Assembly (NCBI RefSeq): GCF_006345805.1
Contig: NC_043010.1
Span: 45,942,001-46,006,000, forward strand
Reading direction: 5' to 3'
Length of the DNA stretch: 64,000 nucleotides
From: Octopus sinensis
Lineage: Eukaryota
In this document: positions 51,620 to 64,000 of the stretch, piece after piece
Position numbering within the stretch: position 1 is the first letter of the stretch
Layout of the letters: each line of letters opens with the position of its first letter
Translations under genes and position numbers: made by a program
Notes under the pieces: generated by a model
What the model was told of the DNA's origin: nothing
What the model saw: only the letters and a program-made list of their open reading frames with translations
Database searches by the model: none

Positions 51620-51936
51620 ATACATATAAAATGACCATGGGATTGCACCTAGAAAGTTACCCTCCTAGACACAAGTCCGGGCAAGGTTGTTTATGGAAGG
51701 CCAGCAGTCGCCCATGCATACCAGCCTCCCCTCTCCACGCCACCAGTGTTATCCAAGGGAAAGACAAAGGTCGATACAGCTTCGCACCAGTGACGTCGCA
51801 ACTCATTTCTACAGCTAAGTGAACTGGAGCAACGTGAAATAAAGTGCCTTGCTCGAGAACACAACACGCAGCCCGGTCCGGGATTCGAGCTCACAACCTC
51901 ACGATCGTAAGCTCGACGCTCTAACCACTGAGCCAT
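51620..51936 (-). mobile_element. CORE-type tRNA-derived SINE, CpG-intact
   Basis: Minus strand GGCTCAGTGGTTAGAGC A-box, GCTCGAATCCC B-box, TTCTCGAGCAAGGCACTTTATTTCAC core. Confidence 0.85.
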
Positions 51937-51954
51937 GAAGAACACACATAATAG

Positions 51955-52184
51955 ACACGCTAGATATAACAGTATCCCCGTCACTACTGACGTTTATACC
52001 AACTACAACCCAGATCCCACCGCCAACATGAGATCATGTAAAGGTTTCCTTCTGCAAATCTCCGTAGCGACACCCGCGCTATGGAGATTAGCAGACACGA
52101 AACCATTACATGTTGGCGGTGGGATCTGGGTTGTAGTTGATATGAACGTCAGTAGTGACGGAGATACTGTTATGTCTAGCGTGT
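51955..52184. repeat. 230-nt long hairpin
   Basis: Arms 51955-52069 and 52077-52184; the outer 72 bp have 4 mismatches; 8-nt bulge; 7-nt loop. Confidence 0.95.
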
Positions 52185-52189
52185 ACATG

Positions 52190-52599
52190 GAATGAGATGT
52201 ACATGAGGAATGTTTAAAGGACACCAGTGCAAAATCACCTTCCTCCGACAAGTCATCCTAACGACAAGTCATCTGCGTTGGCTGAGTCATACCCTCCGTC
52301 GTCAACCAGGAGAATTCATCTACGAAGCAATTGCTCCAGCTCCCCTTCAGGGTTGGCGAAAACGATGTGGTGGACAACGAAAAACCTGGCTGATGACAGT
52401 CGAGGCTGAACTGGAACCCAACCTAGGCCCCCAGTGTCTACGGAGTTCGCCGCTGGAATAAGGAGTGGTTGGACATTACGCAGTCGTTAGCCTCAAATCG
52501 CCAGGCCTGGTCGGTGTTTGTGAGAGATGCAAATTTGAGGATGAATGAAGCCAGCTCAACCCACCCCCCGGGTGAATGCTGTCTCAAGACAAGAAGAAG
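52190..52599 (+). mobile_element. RTE-group LINE 3' fragment
   Basis: LRWLSHTLRR...GWRKRCGGQRKTW...LASNRQAW..FVRDA, then GAAGCCAGCTCAACCCACCCCCCGGGTGAATG and an (AAG)n tail. Confidence 0.85.
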
Positions 52600-54589
52600 A
52601 ATCTCCATAGCAATGGAAATCAACAGACAGAAGTTTTCAATTGGCAAAATTCACGTAACTTTAAATGTAATTTCTTTATTTGTTTCTAGGATGTAAAAAA
52701 AAATTTTTTTTTGAAAATACTTTGCTGAAATTTGAAAAATTTCAAGTGGTTAGAAGAAATTTAACAAGATCTGATGGTAAATTGTTCATGTAAAGAGTCT
52801 AGGGGAGGTAATTTAATGTAGCAGCCTGAAAAAAAAAAAATGAATGGAAATAGAAGAATCACCGACGAAGTTGTACATTTATTTTCTGAGTTAAACAACT
52901 TGCTTTTAAAAATATATAAATAACACCTTTGTCTTTGAGAACAAGAAAATTCTTGAACTGAGTTAGATTTAAACTATGTGCTTTGATCTCCTCGATAAAT
53001 CTAGTTATAAACTCTGAAAACATAAAAGTGAAATAAAACAATTGAATTTAAAAAAGAAAAACAAATTCAAATTCAAGGGAGGTAACTTTCCTTTTTATAT
53101 CATTCCTTGATTTGGTTGAAAATGGAATTTGTTAATCTTGTTTTAAAACTTGTAAAGATTTTTGCTTTGGCTTAAATATGTTATATTTATCTATTTATTT
53201 ATTTATATCATACCTGCTCGCTGACAAATTGAATTACATTTAAAATAGTTATTCACAATTCTTCCAAACTATTTTTTCTCCTAATTTTGGCACAAAGTCA
53301 GCAGTTTTAAGGCAAGTTTTAAGTCAATTATACCAGCCCCGGTACTCAACTGGTACCTATTTTATCGAACCTGAGAGGATGAAAGGCAAAGTCTACCTTA
53401 ACGTAATTTAAACTCAGAATATAAAAAAAGTCAGAAAAATACTGTTCAGCATTTGCCGGCTCATCACTTTATTATATAATTATGTATAATATCTATTATA
53501 TAATTATGTATAATATCTATTAACATAATTTCCAGTGACTGTAGACTTTAAAGAGCTAATTACTGTATTTTAACGTGTATAAGGAATTCCATAATTTTGG
53601 AGGTTTAAAATTTAGAAAAAAGGTTCTGTAAGGGATTATAATAGTATCTATGTAAAAGAAACTCCCATATTTTTTTAACTTAATTTTTGACAAAAAAGGG
53701 TTCCTTATACACGTTAAAATACGGTAAATTCCTTAATAATGAAATTTAAGATTGGCTTCATTTATATATAGTAGTTGTTACAAGTACCAGCAGCAGCAGT
53801 TATAGTTAAAGTTAGTTGGGTTGCTAACCAAAAACATCTTCAGTAAGAATGATAAATAGAAATTATTCCCAAGGAACAAATAGGAACAACTTCTTTGTTT
53901 TAATTTCAACAACAGCAATAGGCAGTTTAAGAACATTTTTCTTGCTTATCTCATAACTTCTTATGCCAGTAATCCCATTTTATTCTGTCCTTCACATCCC
54001 CTTCATCAACCCACTTACTCTCATTTTCTCTTCTCTCATCATCTATGTTTTTCAGTCTTCCCATTCTTTACTTTCTTTTATATTCATTTCTGATCATTGC
54101 CCTCTACTGCTTCCCCTGAACTCCTAGCCATGGTTCCAGCATTCCACATCCTAAACCTTAACTACCAGTCTCCATCAGGAACATCAAACACTTTATCATC
54201 ATCATCATCCTCATCTCCGTCATCATTTACTGTCCACTTTCTAAGCTGGCCTGGGTTAGACAGTTTGACTGGAACTGGTAAGCCAGAGAACTGCACCAGG
54301 TTCGTCATCTGCTTTGATATGGTCTCTATAGCTGAATGCCCTTCCTAATGCCACCCACTTTATAGTGTTGGCAGGTGCCTTTTACATGTCACTGACACGA
54401 GTGCCTTTTATATGACACTGACACAAGTGCCTTTTACATTCATCAGCACTGGCTGTGACTATGATTTCACTTAGCTTGACATGTTTTCTCAAGCACAGCA
54501 AACCACCACAAGTCTTTGTCATCCATGTGTAATCATACTCATCATGAGACTCTCTTTTGTGACAGTATTTTAGGGCTGGATGCTGACAC

Positions 54590-56298
54590 TAACACTTACT
54601 CTCTTGAACAAACTATGGATAGTCTTTCCACCTGACAGCAGTGTTGAGGCAATGCCTGTCCAAGCACCACTGCACATATTGCAGTTGTTCCTTCACAGAT
54701 AAGAAATTATGGTATTAAACATATAAGTTTTACCACAACCTCTTGGTGCATCAACATAGAAACAAGAGTGGTTTGGCACCTCACCTCTCCTATTCTTATC
54801 TACAGATTCAAACACGGTATTAGCAATCAGTCTCTGTCCATCAGTAAGTGTTGCAATGCCTGGATGATCGAGATCTTCATGATGGTCAAGCTGCAATACT
54901 CCAATAAGTTCAGGCAGCCCAATTACTAAACAATTAATGCCATTCTTTATGAGAATTGCATCAATTGAGTGCAGTGCTATGTTTTCTGTGTGTTCTGCAT
55001 TAAAACCTTGGTGCAAGAAATCTTCAGTCATGGATTCCTTATGAGTGGTCCACAGGTAAAGAGCATTTGCAGGTTCATATACGTGCACAGAGTAGCAAAC
55101 ATAACATGCAACTGTAAAGGCATCAAACAGGCAGCAGCTTCTAGCAAAGCACGTTCCAGTGTGTCATCATTTGAGAGAAGACCATATCTCAGGTATGCAG
55201 CCTTAAATGTTGGAAAGATGTCTCTTACAGTGCACAAATCCTGGAAGTTCACAGCACCTGAAACATGCAGCAGCAACATTCACAAGTGAAATTTTTCTTT
55301 ATCTCTAGGACTCACTGTGTATATTCAACTGATGATATTAGTATTCCTTTGCCTTGGTGTCTATGTTTTAGTTCACTCATTAAACGCATAATGAAGCGGA
55401 ATGTCAGAGTACAACTGGTTCCTTGCATCATCATCATCATCATGCTCATTCAGTTTGAACCATGCAGTGAAGGTAGTGTCAGGGTCCCTCTGTGCCTGAG
55501 TACTGCCTCTGTGAAAGTAAACTTCACAGTTTACTGGTCTCCAAGATGTACCGCAAGTCTGTAGACAGTGTGAGATGTGTTATGTAGCTTGACCTCTGAC
55601 AGTCTCCACATAACTTCCGGAGGAGAAACATATCGGCAAGCAAGATAATTAGTAATTTCCTTGTGAGCTTGATTCTGCTCACAATCTGCCACTGGGTTAA
55701 CTCCAAATGACACAAAGGAGAAAGTACAATTTTAATTTCTGATATTTCTACAGAATGAAATGGACTCTTGATCTTTTCTCTCAAATAAATTTTTTAGTAT
55801 CTCTGGATATAGTTGCAATGCAGGCATGTTCGCTTTTCCATTGTAGCAACAACTGTCATTTTCATTTCTAAACCTAGGCGCACCACAGTATTCACATATA
55901 ATGTTAATTTCTCCTAGGTTAAATTTTCCAAATTCATTAACAATAGCTCTGTTCAGCACTGGCCTCTGTCTTCTCACACGCTGTTGCTGCATCTGATGCC
56001 TCCTTAAATTGTCAATTTCACCAGCATTCATATTTTGTACTCTTTCTAGATATCTTCTTCTTTGGTTTTACTGATAAATAACCCTGTCATGTTGATTCAT
56101 GTTCTCTACTCTTTGCTGAGAAAAGTTTCTCTGCTGCTTGTGGTTCTGTGCATGCTGTTCAGTTTCTGTCTACCAAATCCACTCACAAGACTTTGCTTGG
56201 CCTAATGCTATAGTTGCCCAAGTTGTCACACAGTGGGACTGAACTCAGAACCTTGTGGCAGGGAAGCAAGTTTCTTACCACACAGCTACACATGTGCC

Positions 56299-56339
<41 letters not shown>

Positions 56340-56720
56340 ACACATACACACACATGTATGTATGTATGTATGTAAACACATACACCTACACGGAGTAATT
56401 GACATACACATATGTACACATACGCACATATATGTATGTGTGTGTGTATGAATATATGTATGTATGTAAAGTGTTTACAAGGTCACTGCCATACATATAT
56501 ACATACTACCATTATGTAAGTGGTAATGCAGTTGATAAGTGTTTCTTATCATGATGTTGATTATGATAATCATTTATATTTTCTCGTCTTATTTGTTGTC
56601 TCCTCCTATCTTGCTGCAGGTGTTCCTCGTGTTTTTCACCATCCATTGATGCTTGTCTCAAATGCTGACATTGCCTGTCTTTCTCTAGGATTTCCTGCCT
56701 CTGCTCTTCCCTGGTCATGA
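54590..56720 (-). mobile_element. Internally deleted Helitron RepHel remnant
   Basis: N-terminal charged repeats (56512-56718), CEYCGAPRF...CC.NGK finger, EITNYLACRYVSPPEVMWRL, LLLHVSGAVNFQDL, Walker A-like FYVDAPRGCGKTYMFN and WTGIASTLLSGGKTIHSLFK; interrupted by a SINE and microsatellites. Confidence 0.92.
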
Positions 56721-57246
56721 AACGTGCATAGTTAATTTAATGTTTATTTAATTTAGTGATTTTTTTAATAATATTTATTATAGTATATTTAAATTTTTTC
56801 TATATAATATAGATAATGTCTTTCACTATTGAATTGCTTAATAGAAGTTATTTCTCTTAATTATATACATGTATATATATATATATATATATAAGAATTT
56901 TTTGCATATTAAGATAAAAAACCAAGGCTGTGTAGATATATATATCACATGATCACATGATCGACCAGACCATCAAATGTTGCTACACATCGCTGGTCAC
57001 AATGTGTTCGCATTGTTTTAGCCTTCGAACGACGCCACCCCGCTGGCTAAGCGAGCAGGCCAACAGAAGAAAGAGAGAAAGAGTGGTGAAAGAGTACAGC
57101 AGGGATCACCATCCCCTGCCGGAGCCTCGTCGAGCTTTTAGGTGTTTTCGCTCAATAAACACACACAACGCCCGGTCTGGGAATCGAGACCGCGATCCTA
57201 CGACTGCGAATCCGCTGCCCTAACCACTGGGCCATTGCGCCTCCAC

Positions 57247-57283
<37 letters not shown>

Positions 57284-57288
57284 GTATA

Positions 57289-57334
<46 letters not shown>

Positions 57335-57350
57335 TATACGTGTATATATA

Positions 57351-57950
57351 TTGGGTCATCCCATAAATAATGCCGCTTTTTCAGTTGCATGAACTAAAAG
57401 TCAGAGGGGGTTGGGATAAACTACCTGCATTTACTTGCTATAAAAGCAAGTAGTAATTTTACCTTACATATTCTTAGGGCAGTTCAATTTTATCAGTTAT
57501 TTTTTCAAAGCTATAATAGAAGTGACTAAGGAGCATATTTTGCTTTATAAGTTTAATAAAGACAACAACGAAAAGGAAAGTGTTAGGAAAATTAATGCAG
57601 TATATAGTTTCAGAAATTCTGAGCTCAAAACTACAACCTAGAGGATGGGCCTTGTCCTGAAAGATCTATACTGCTCGACAAGGATATCCTGCAAACCCTG
57701 GTGGAACAAAATCCATTGTAACTGTTGAGGAATTAGCAGAGAAGTTTGGATTTGGTCATTCAATAATTCATCAACACCTGCTTGCCATCAGAAGTGTTGG
57801 CAAATTGAGTCAATGGATTCCTCACAAACTTTCCAAATCTAATCACTCACAGAGAGTGAATGTGTGATTTTCTTTGTTGTCATGCCTCACGAATGAGCCT
57901 TTTTTTGGACCGAATAGTGACTGGTGACGTGAAATGGGTTTTCTGTAATA
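57351..57950 (+). mobile_element. Mariner 5' half
   Basis: TA|TTGGGTCATCCCATAAATAA TIR; GKLSQWIPHKL and FLDRIVTGDVKWVF. Confidence 0.85.
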
Positions 57951-58027
57951 TTTATGATCTTATGATTTCAGAGTAAAACGGAGTTACAGTTACTCAATAG
58001 GAAATGTATTGATTGATTGATGAATTA

Positions 58028-58248
58028 TTGAAACCTAACTTTCCTGAAATAGAGATTATTTATTTCAGTGACTGATCATCAGCACAGAATAAAAACAACA
58101 AAAATATTTCTAATTTGATGTTCCATAAGTAGAATTTTCAGTTAAAATCAGAATGGTACTGCTTTGCCGCATCACATGGTAAAAATGTTTATGATAGCAG
58201 TGGGACCATCAAGTGCTTAACAGCGCAAGCAAGTCTGCAAAAACAAAT
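58028..58248 (+). mobile_element. Sola2-like transposase fragment
   Basis: LKPNFPEIEIIYFSD*SSAQNKN.KNISNLMFHK*NFQLKSEWYCFAASHGKNVYDSSGTIKCLTAQASLQ resembles YFSDG..QYKN...W.FFATSHGK..CDG.GGTVKR; the superfamily assignment is from memory of the motif. Confidence 0.7.
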
Positions 58249-60119
58249 GGTCTAAATTTGAAGAAGATCTAAGAACCTTCGCAACAGATACTTGTTGAAT
58301 TTCACTGGAATGACCCTATATGCTTCAGGAGCTATGATCACACTAATCTAGTTCAAATAATTGGTTGACTGCTCAGATGTGTCAAGTTAGATGTGTCATC
58401 ATAGAAAAAGCATGAAATGGTCAAAGAAAATTATGAATTCTTGTGAGATGTAGAGATGACACTTCCACAAGAAATAGCATGTCAACAGAGCTGGGTAAAG
58501 CTAGTTCGAAAAAAGAGTATTATCTATGTGATTCAGGGGAAAGATGGCTGAGCAGATAAGATATTGGACCATGTACTTATAGGCCATTTGGTTGAAATCT
58601 GCTGCTTGTGTTTCTTTGTGTATTCTACTGTGCCATAGCTCAACTGATTACTGAAAATAGATAGCTCTGATACATCAACAACATTCCATGCTATGAAAGA
58701 ATATTTAGCAACTTAAAAATATTTAGATATGTTCTGAAACTGGAGTTTTCTTAAAAGTCCCTTGTGACATATTTATAAATTTATTTATAATTAATTTTTT
58801 GCTTCATATTCTATGGTAGGTTTATATGTTTAAGGACCGTGTATACAAAGGGAAATGATATAAAGAAAGGAAAATAAACTGATAGCTTGAAGAAACTTGA
58901 CTAAATAGAAAAAGTACATAAGAAAATGAAATATGTCAGTGTATAAACAAACTGGTATATCAGAAATCTCTTAGTTTCAAGTCTGATTTATATGATTCAC
59001 CTTAAAACATTCAGTGCAATCTCAAATGACTTAAAATCAAAAACAATTTACTCTTGATTTTTTTTTTCCTGTCACACATTAACGACAGTGTTGTTTGTGT
59101 ATTTCTAGCCAGTGGAGGATAGTTCAACTTTCAAATTCAAACAGATCTGTTTGATATATAATACAGATATTGATATTTGCACCCACACTAACTGTACACA
59201 CAGAAAGAAAAAAAAGATGTAAATAAATAAACATAATGCTATAGAATAAGGATGGGTGTTATAAAATGTGGGAAGTTGGGGGAAAGATAAACAAGGAAAT
59301 AAGCAAAATCATATAAAAGAAGCAGTTATTAAACTGTTGAAATAAATGGGTGGAAGTGATGGTGAGATAGCAAAGTATACCATATCCCTCATAAAAAAAC
59401 AAGTTATTTATCTTCTAGATTAGAAAATTGCCTTTCATCAGTCCTAAAAGGGGATAATTAATTGGTCAAAGTTGGGGTGGAGATTAGGTTTCAAGTTACA
59501 GTGATCAGGTGACTAAAACTTTTAAAGGCAGGAACACATACCTCCCAAGTGGAATAAGGGAGCATTAGCTCAAATGAGACAAAGTTTGTTATTTTTTTTT
59601 TAAAGAATTGAATATGACAGCTACCCAACCCTTTGCTTCATCAGCCAAAAAATAATAAAAAATAAATTAAAATATTAGATAGGTATTTTTCAAACAAAAA
59701 TCACTGTTGATCAAGTTGTTAATATGCTTGCTTTCTGACTGAAGAATTAGGTTGTTCATAACCTGTAACTGTTGCTGCATTATATCATTTTGCAAAAACA
59801 CTTAATTCTTAATGGCTTTGTAAACATTGCTGTGAAAATAAGTACCATGATGCATTAGCCTAGTGGTTTTCAAACTGTCAAATCCCCGGCCTTCTAAAAT
59901 CTTTTGCCCTCTCTTTATTAATGAGAAGACAAAATAAAGTTTGTTTTGACATGCCAGTATGGTAAGAATTTTGCTTCCGAACTACGTGATTCTGGGTTCA
60001 GTCTCACTGTGTAGTAATGTGGGCAAGTGTCATTTATTATAGCCCCTGGCCAGCCAAAGCCTTGGGAATGGATTTGATTAACAGAAACTGAAAGAAGCCC
60101 ATAATATATATAGATATAT

Positions 60120-60530
60120 AAGAGGGTGCTGGAAAGTTCCTGGATTTAAGGGTATCAAGAAAGGCCCAACCTTCCAAGTTCTTTTACAGGGCTTAGAAAA
60201 ACTGAAGGACTGCTACAATAAGTATGTGAATCTGAGAGGGAAACATCATCATCATCATCATCATCGTTTAACGTCCGCTTTCCATGCTAGCATGGGTTGG
60301 ACAGTTCAACTGGGGTCTGGGAAGCCCGAAGGCTGCACCAGTCCAGTCAGATCTGGCAGTGTTTCTACAGCTGGATGCCCTACCTAACGCCAACCACTCC
60401 AAGAGTGTAGTGGGTGATTTCATGTGCCACCGACACAGGTGCCAGACGAGGCTGGCAAACGGCCAATCATAAGTAACTGATCGTCCTGCTTTTTCTTTTA
60501 CCCAAAGCCAAGAACTTTTTAGCACCCCAT
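60120..60530 (+). mobile_element. Mariner MITE interrupted by a family D retroposon (60245-60470)
   Basis: TIRs GAGGGTGCTGGAAAGTTCCTGG / CCAAGAACTTTTTAGCACCCC; transposase tail ...FLQGLEKLKDCYNKYVNLRG. Confidence 0.8.
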
Positions 60531-61300
60531 TTTATATGTGTGTGGGTGTCTTAGTATTTGTCACCTACCATGACTACTTGATAATCAGTGTTGGTTTCTA
60601 TACACCCCCGAAACTTAGTGGTTCAGCAATAATAAATATGAGACTTAAAAAAAAACAAAACACTGGGGTCAATTCATTTGACTGAAACCCTTCAAGGCAG
60701 TGCTCCAGCCAATGAACTGGGGCAAGTAAAAGACGGAAAGTAAAGATAATCCTTCCTTCTTTGTCATGAGGTTTAAAAGTTCAAAGCCATCTTAATTTTT
60801 ATATTAATCATGGCTATTAATCTCTATCCTTTTCAATCCTCACAGCCAGCATCCCTGAAAAACATGTAACACTAATGTGCTTATTATTTTATTTGTGTGG
60901 GGCACCTCTTTTAAAGGTTTAGTCTATCAAATTGACCCCAGTACCTTTTTCTTTTTTTAAATCTGGTGCCTATGCTATCAGCATCTTTTTTGAAACTACT
61001 AAGTTATGGGTTCACAACCAAAACAACACCAGCTGTCAATAGGTGAAAAAAAATACAGACACATAAAAAAATACCCTCACACACACACACATACATACAT
61101 AATTTTTAATTGCTTCAGTAATTGAACAGTGGCCATGCTGAGAGCACTGACTTGAAGAGTATAATAAAACAAATCAACCCTAGTATTTACTCTTCAAGTC
61201 TGGTACATATTCTATCAGTCTCTTTTGCTGACCAACTAAGTTATGAAAAGGTAAGCAAACAAACACAGTTCTATATTTAACCACTATGCCTTATGCCCAC

Positions 61301-61377
61301 GGGCATATGGCGTAGTGGTTAAGAGCATGGGCTACTAACCCCAAGATTCCGAGTTCGATTCCAAGCAGTGACCTGAA

Positions 61378-61408
<31 letters not shown>

Positions 61409-61625
61409 AATAATGATAATAATGATAATAATGATAATGATAATGATAATAATGATAATAACAACAACAACAACATTGAAAAATACCTTAGGAATGAGAA
61501 CCCAGGTTTGAAATTTCCCCAGGACACCTGAAGACGACTGGAGGATATATCAGCCAAAACGTTGTGTTAACAACAAACAAGATGAGGACAAATAACCGTC
61601 GAATGTAAATAATGTAAACAAACAC
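61301..61625 (+). mobile_element. tRNA-like head + (AAT)n + Penelope-type segment with a minimal hammerhead motif
   Basis: A-box TGGCGTAGTGG at 61308, B-box GAGTTCGATTCC at 61351; GACAC-CTGAAGA-C-GACTG...CAGCC-AAAA-CG-TT-GTGTT at 61523-61568. Confidence 0.7.
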
Positions 61626-61663
61626 AGGTTATCAAGTGGTTGGGAAACAGATACACACACATA

Positions 61664-62488
61664 TAAAGGATGATTGGGCTAAATTTGATTGTTTACATAA
61701 AAAGAAAAGAAAAGCCAATATCCCATCCAAAAATAAAAGTATTTTAAAAAAATCAAAAATATTAACTAGATAATGGCTGAAAGATTAGCCGTTTACTCAA
61801 AGTACCATCCTCAGTTTCCATCACGCCCTCAAGATGACTCTGGAACCTGATGCATATCTTCCTCACTCTGCGTCCGGGGAGATCTTTGAACATCTCCTTG
61901 ATCTTGACCACCAACTCAACCTTGTAGGCAGAGCAGTTGGTGCCTTTCTCAACTGCATCCCACACATAGTAATCTATAAGATTACAATCAGGAGAATTAA
62001 GAGGCCAGAAACTGGAGCTGCTGAAGTTGCAGAAATTCTCCAACAACTACTTCTGACTCATTCCAGAGGCATGGCAAGGAGCTGATTCCTGCTCCAGCTT
62101 CATATAGCTGTCTGAATTAAGCCTAACGCCTTGTTTCTAAAGTTGCCGGATGCAGTCAGAATGCCTGCTGTTTCTCTTCCTGCAGGTTACAACTTCGTAC
62201 TCTTCATTGCAGCTGTTCGTGTCACATTTTACAGCCTTTACAGTGTTCACAGAGCATTGAGTAGCAATCATGGTGTCAACATTTTGTAACCTGAGGCAAA
62301 TTGTCATAATATAGGTTAATTCTTTTCCAGTATTCAATTGGCTTCCAGTTCTCCATGTAAGCTAACTTTCCCTCTACTACAGCTTAAATCATTATGCTCT
62401 CCAATGCCATTAATAGTTCACAAATGCATCAAACCTTTCCTGAAGAAAAGAATCATAAATCATAGTCAAATTTAGCCAGAATACCTTG
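61664..62488 (-). mobile_element. maT-type (DD37D) Tc1/mariner element, internally deleted
   Basis: TIRs ...GGGCTAAATTTGA / TCAAATTTAGCCAGAATACCTTG|TA; QESAPCH...FWPLNSPDCNLID has 37 residues between the second and third acidic positions; N-terminal HTH segment at 62137-62337. Confidence 0.85.
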
Positions 62489-64000
62489 TATGTGTATATA
62501 TATATATATATAGGTGGAGGCACAATGGCTCAGTGGTTAGGGCAGTGGACTCGCTGTCGTACGATTGCGGTTTCGATTCCCAGACCGGGTGTTGTGAGTG
62601 TTTATTGAGCGAAAACACCTAAAGCTCCACAAGGCTCTGGCAGTGGGTGGTGGCGATCCCTGCTGTACTCTTTCACCACAACTTTCTCTCACACTTTCTT
62701 TTCTTGGCCTGCTCGCTTAGCCAGCGGGGTGGCGTCATTTGAAGGCTAAAAACAATGCAAAGCGCATTGTGACCAGCGATGTGTAGCAACATCTGATAGC
62801 CTGGTCGGTCACGGTGATATATATATATATATGACATATTTCCACACGTTTTCCACCTACCAAATTTACCCATAAGCCATTGGTCAGCTTAGGGTTATAG
62901 TAGAAGACATTTGCCCAAGGCGCATTGAGACTGAACCCAAAGCCACATGGTTGCAAAGCAAGCTTCTTTACCACAAAGTGCTTATCAAAATAATTTAAAA
63001 TAGAACTATTGTATGGCCATGTGGTTAAATTTAATGTTTAGGGTATTTTAGCATTGAAATGAGGTAATAATCCAAATAAGGCGATAATCTCCCAGTCTGT
63101 CAAATAACAAACAGCTGTGGAAAATCAGAAGCAAACAACAATGTAAAAATGAGCCTTCTGTTTACAAAGATGGTGCAACATGTCAAGAGACCCACACCTG
63201 TTTTTTCAGTAGACTCTGCCACAAGTAGATGACACCATTAGCAAATATATTGTTTACAACTAGCAAATGAACATGTGTAGACATAGAAACCTGAACTCTC
63301 ACACACACACACACATGCACACATGATGGGCTGCTTTCAGTTTCTGTCTACCAATTTCACTCCCAAGGCTTTGGTCAGCTCAGAGTTATAGTAGGTACCA
63401 CAAGTATGACTGAACCCCAAATCATCTGGTTGGGAAGTGAGTTTCTTAACCAAACAGCCATAACTAAACCTATTTTTTTATCAATAAACTTAAGGAAGCT
63501 CTTAACTTTGCTGAAATTAACAGCAAGAGAGAAAGAGGGTGTGAACCAAATAACAACACCTTAGCAACATGCAGGCCCAAGGAAACCACTTACACATCCA
63601 GCCTAAACCTACCTAAAAGACAACACTGCATAGTTACTTGATTCACACTTGCTTTTTTTCAATATTAGACCCTGCCAAAGTTAGACTTTCCTTTAGAGAA
63701 TTGATAAACATTTTCCTCTCTCACACAGGTATAGAAAGCTTTTCAGTAGACAAACTTAAGGTCTCCATCAGTTGTGCAGCCAACATAGAGAGAATCCATT
63801 TGTTGAAAATTCTTCAGGCTATTTTTGGTAGAGATTTTTTTTATTTATTCTTTTTATAAACATTTTCAAAGAAAGAAAAAATACCCCAAAATAAGGGCAC
63901 AGATTTTAGCAAGTATTTTAGATATTTTCTTTTGTTAGAAAAAAAGTATGTCTGTAATAATAGTTTTAGAAAGTAAAAGCCATTTGCTGTGGAATAAAAA

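Noticed and set aside
61301-61375. Genuine tRNA gene
   Set aside because: A and B boxes are present but I could not form an acceptor stem or full cloverleaf; it is treated as a SINE-like head. The same applies to the heads at 11780, 45920 and 51936.

Overview
AT-rich, repeat-dense eukaryotic DNA. The SINE and transposon families look like those of Octopus (inference from recognising the repeats; no search was run). One intact host gene is present: a six-coding-exon NADP(H)-type short-chain dehydrogenase of the retinol dehydrogenase RDH11-14 group on the + strand (37679-48240, 957 nt CDS, 318 aa). A candidate promoter and non-coding first exon lie near 29.6-29.8 kb. The rest is nested mobile DNA: mariners, a maT element, Tigger/pogo and Sola2-like remnants, a Merlin element with an 8-bp TSD, Helitrons, TTAA MITEs, CR1, RTE, R4/Dong and HERO-like LINE pieces, and several tRNA-derived SINE families. 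The most unusual structures are (i) a 450-bp TG...CA element with 88-bp terminal inverted repeats, a 4-bp TSD and a Gypsy gag fragment, (ii) a tRNA-headed element ending in a Penelope-type minimal hammerhead ribozyme motif, (iii) a 380-bp bipartite RTE derivative with a structured 5' end, (iv) several long fold-back hairpins, and (v) a retroposon carrying arrays of hairpin modules with variable loops. There is no CRISPR array, rRNA or genuine tRNA gene. Most entries in the ORF track are microsatellite or repeat noise.
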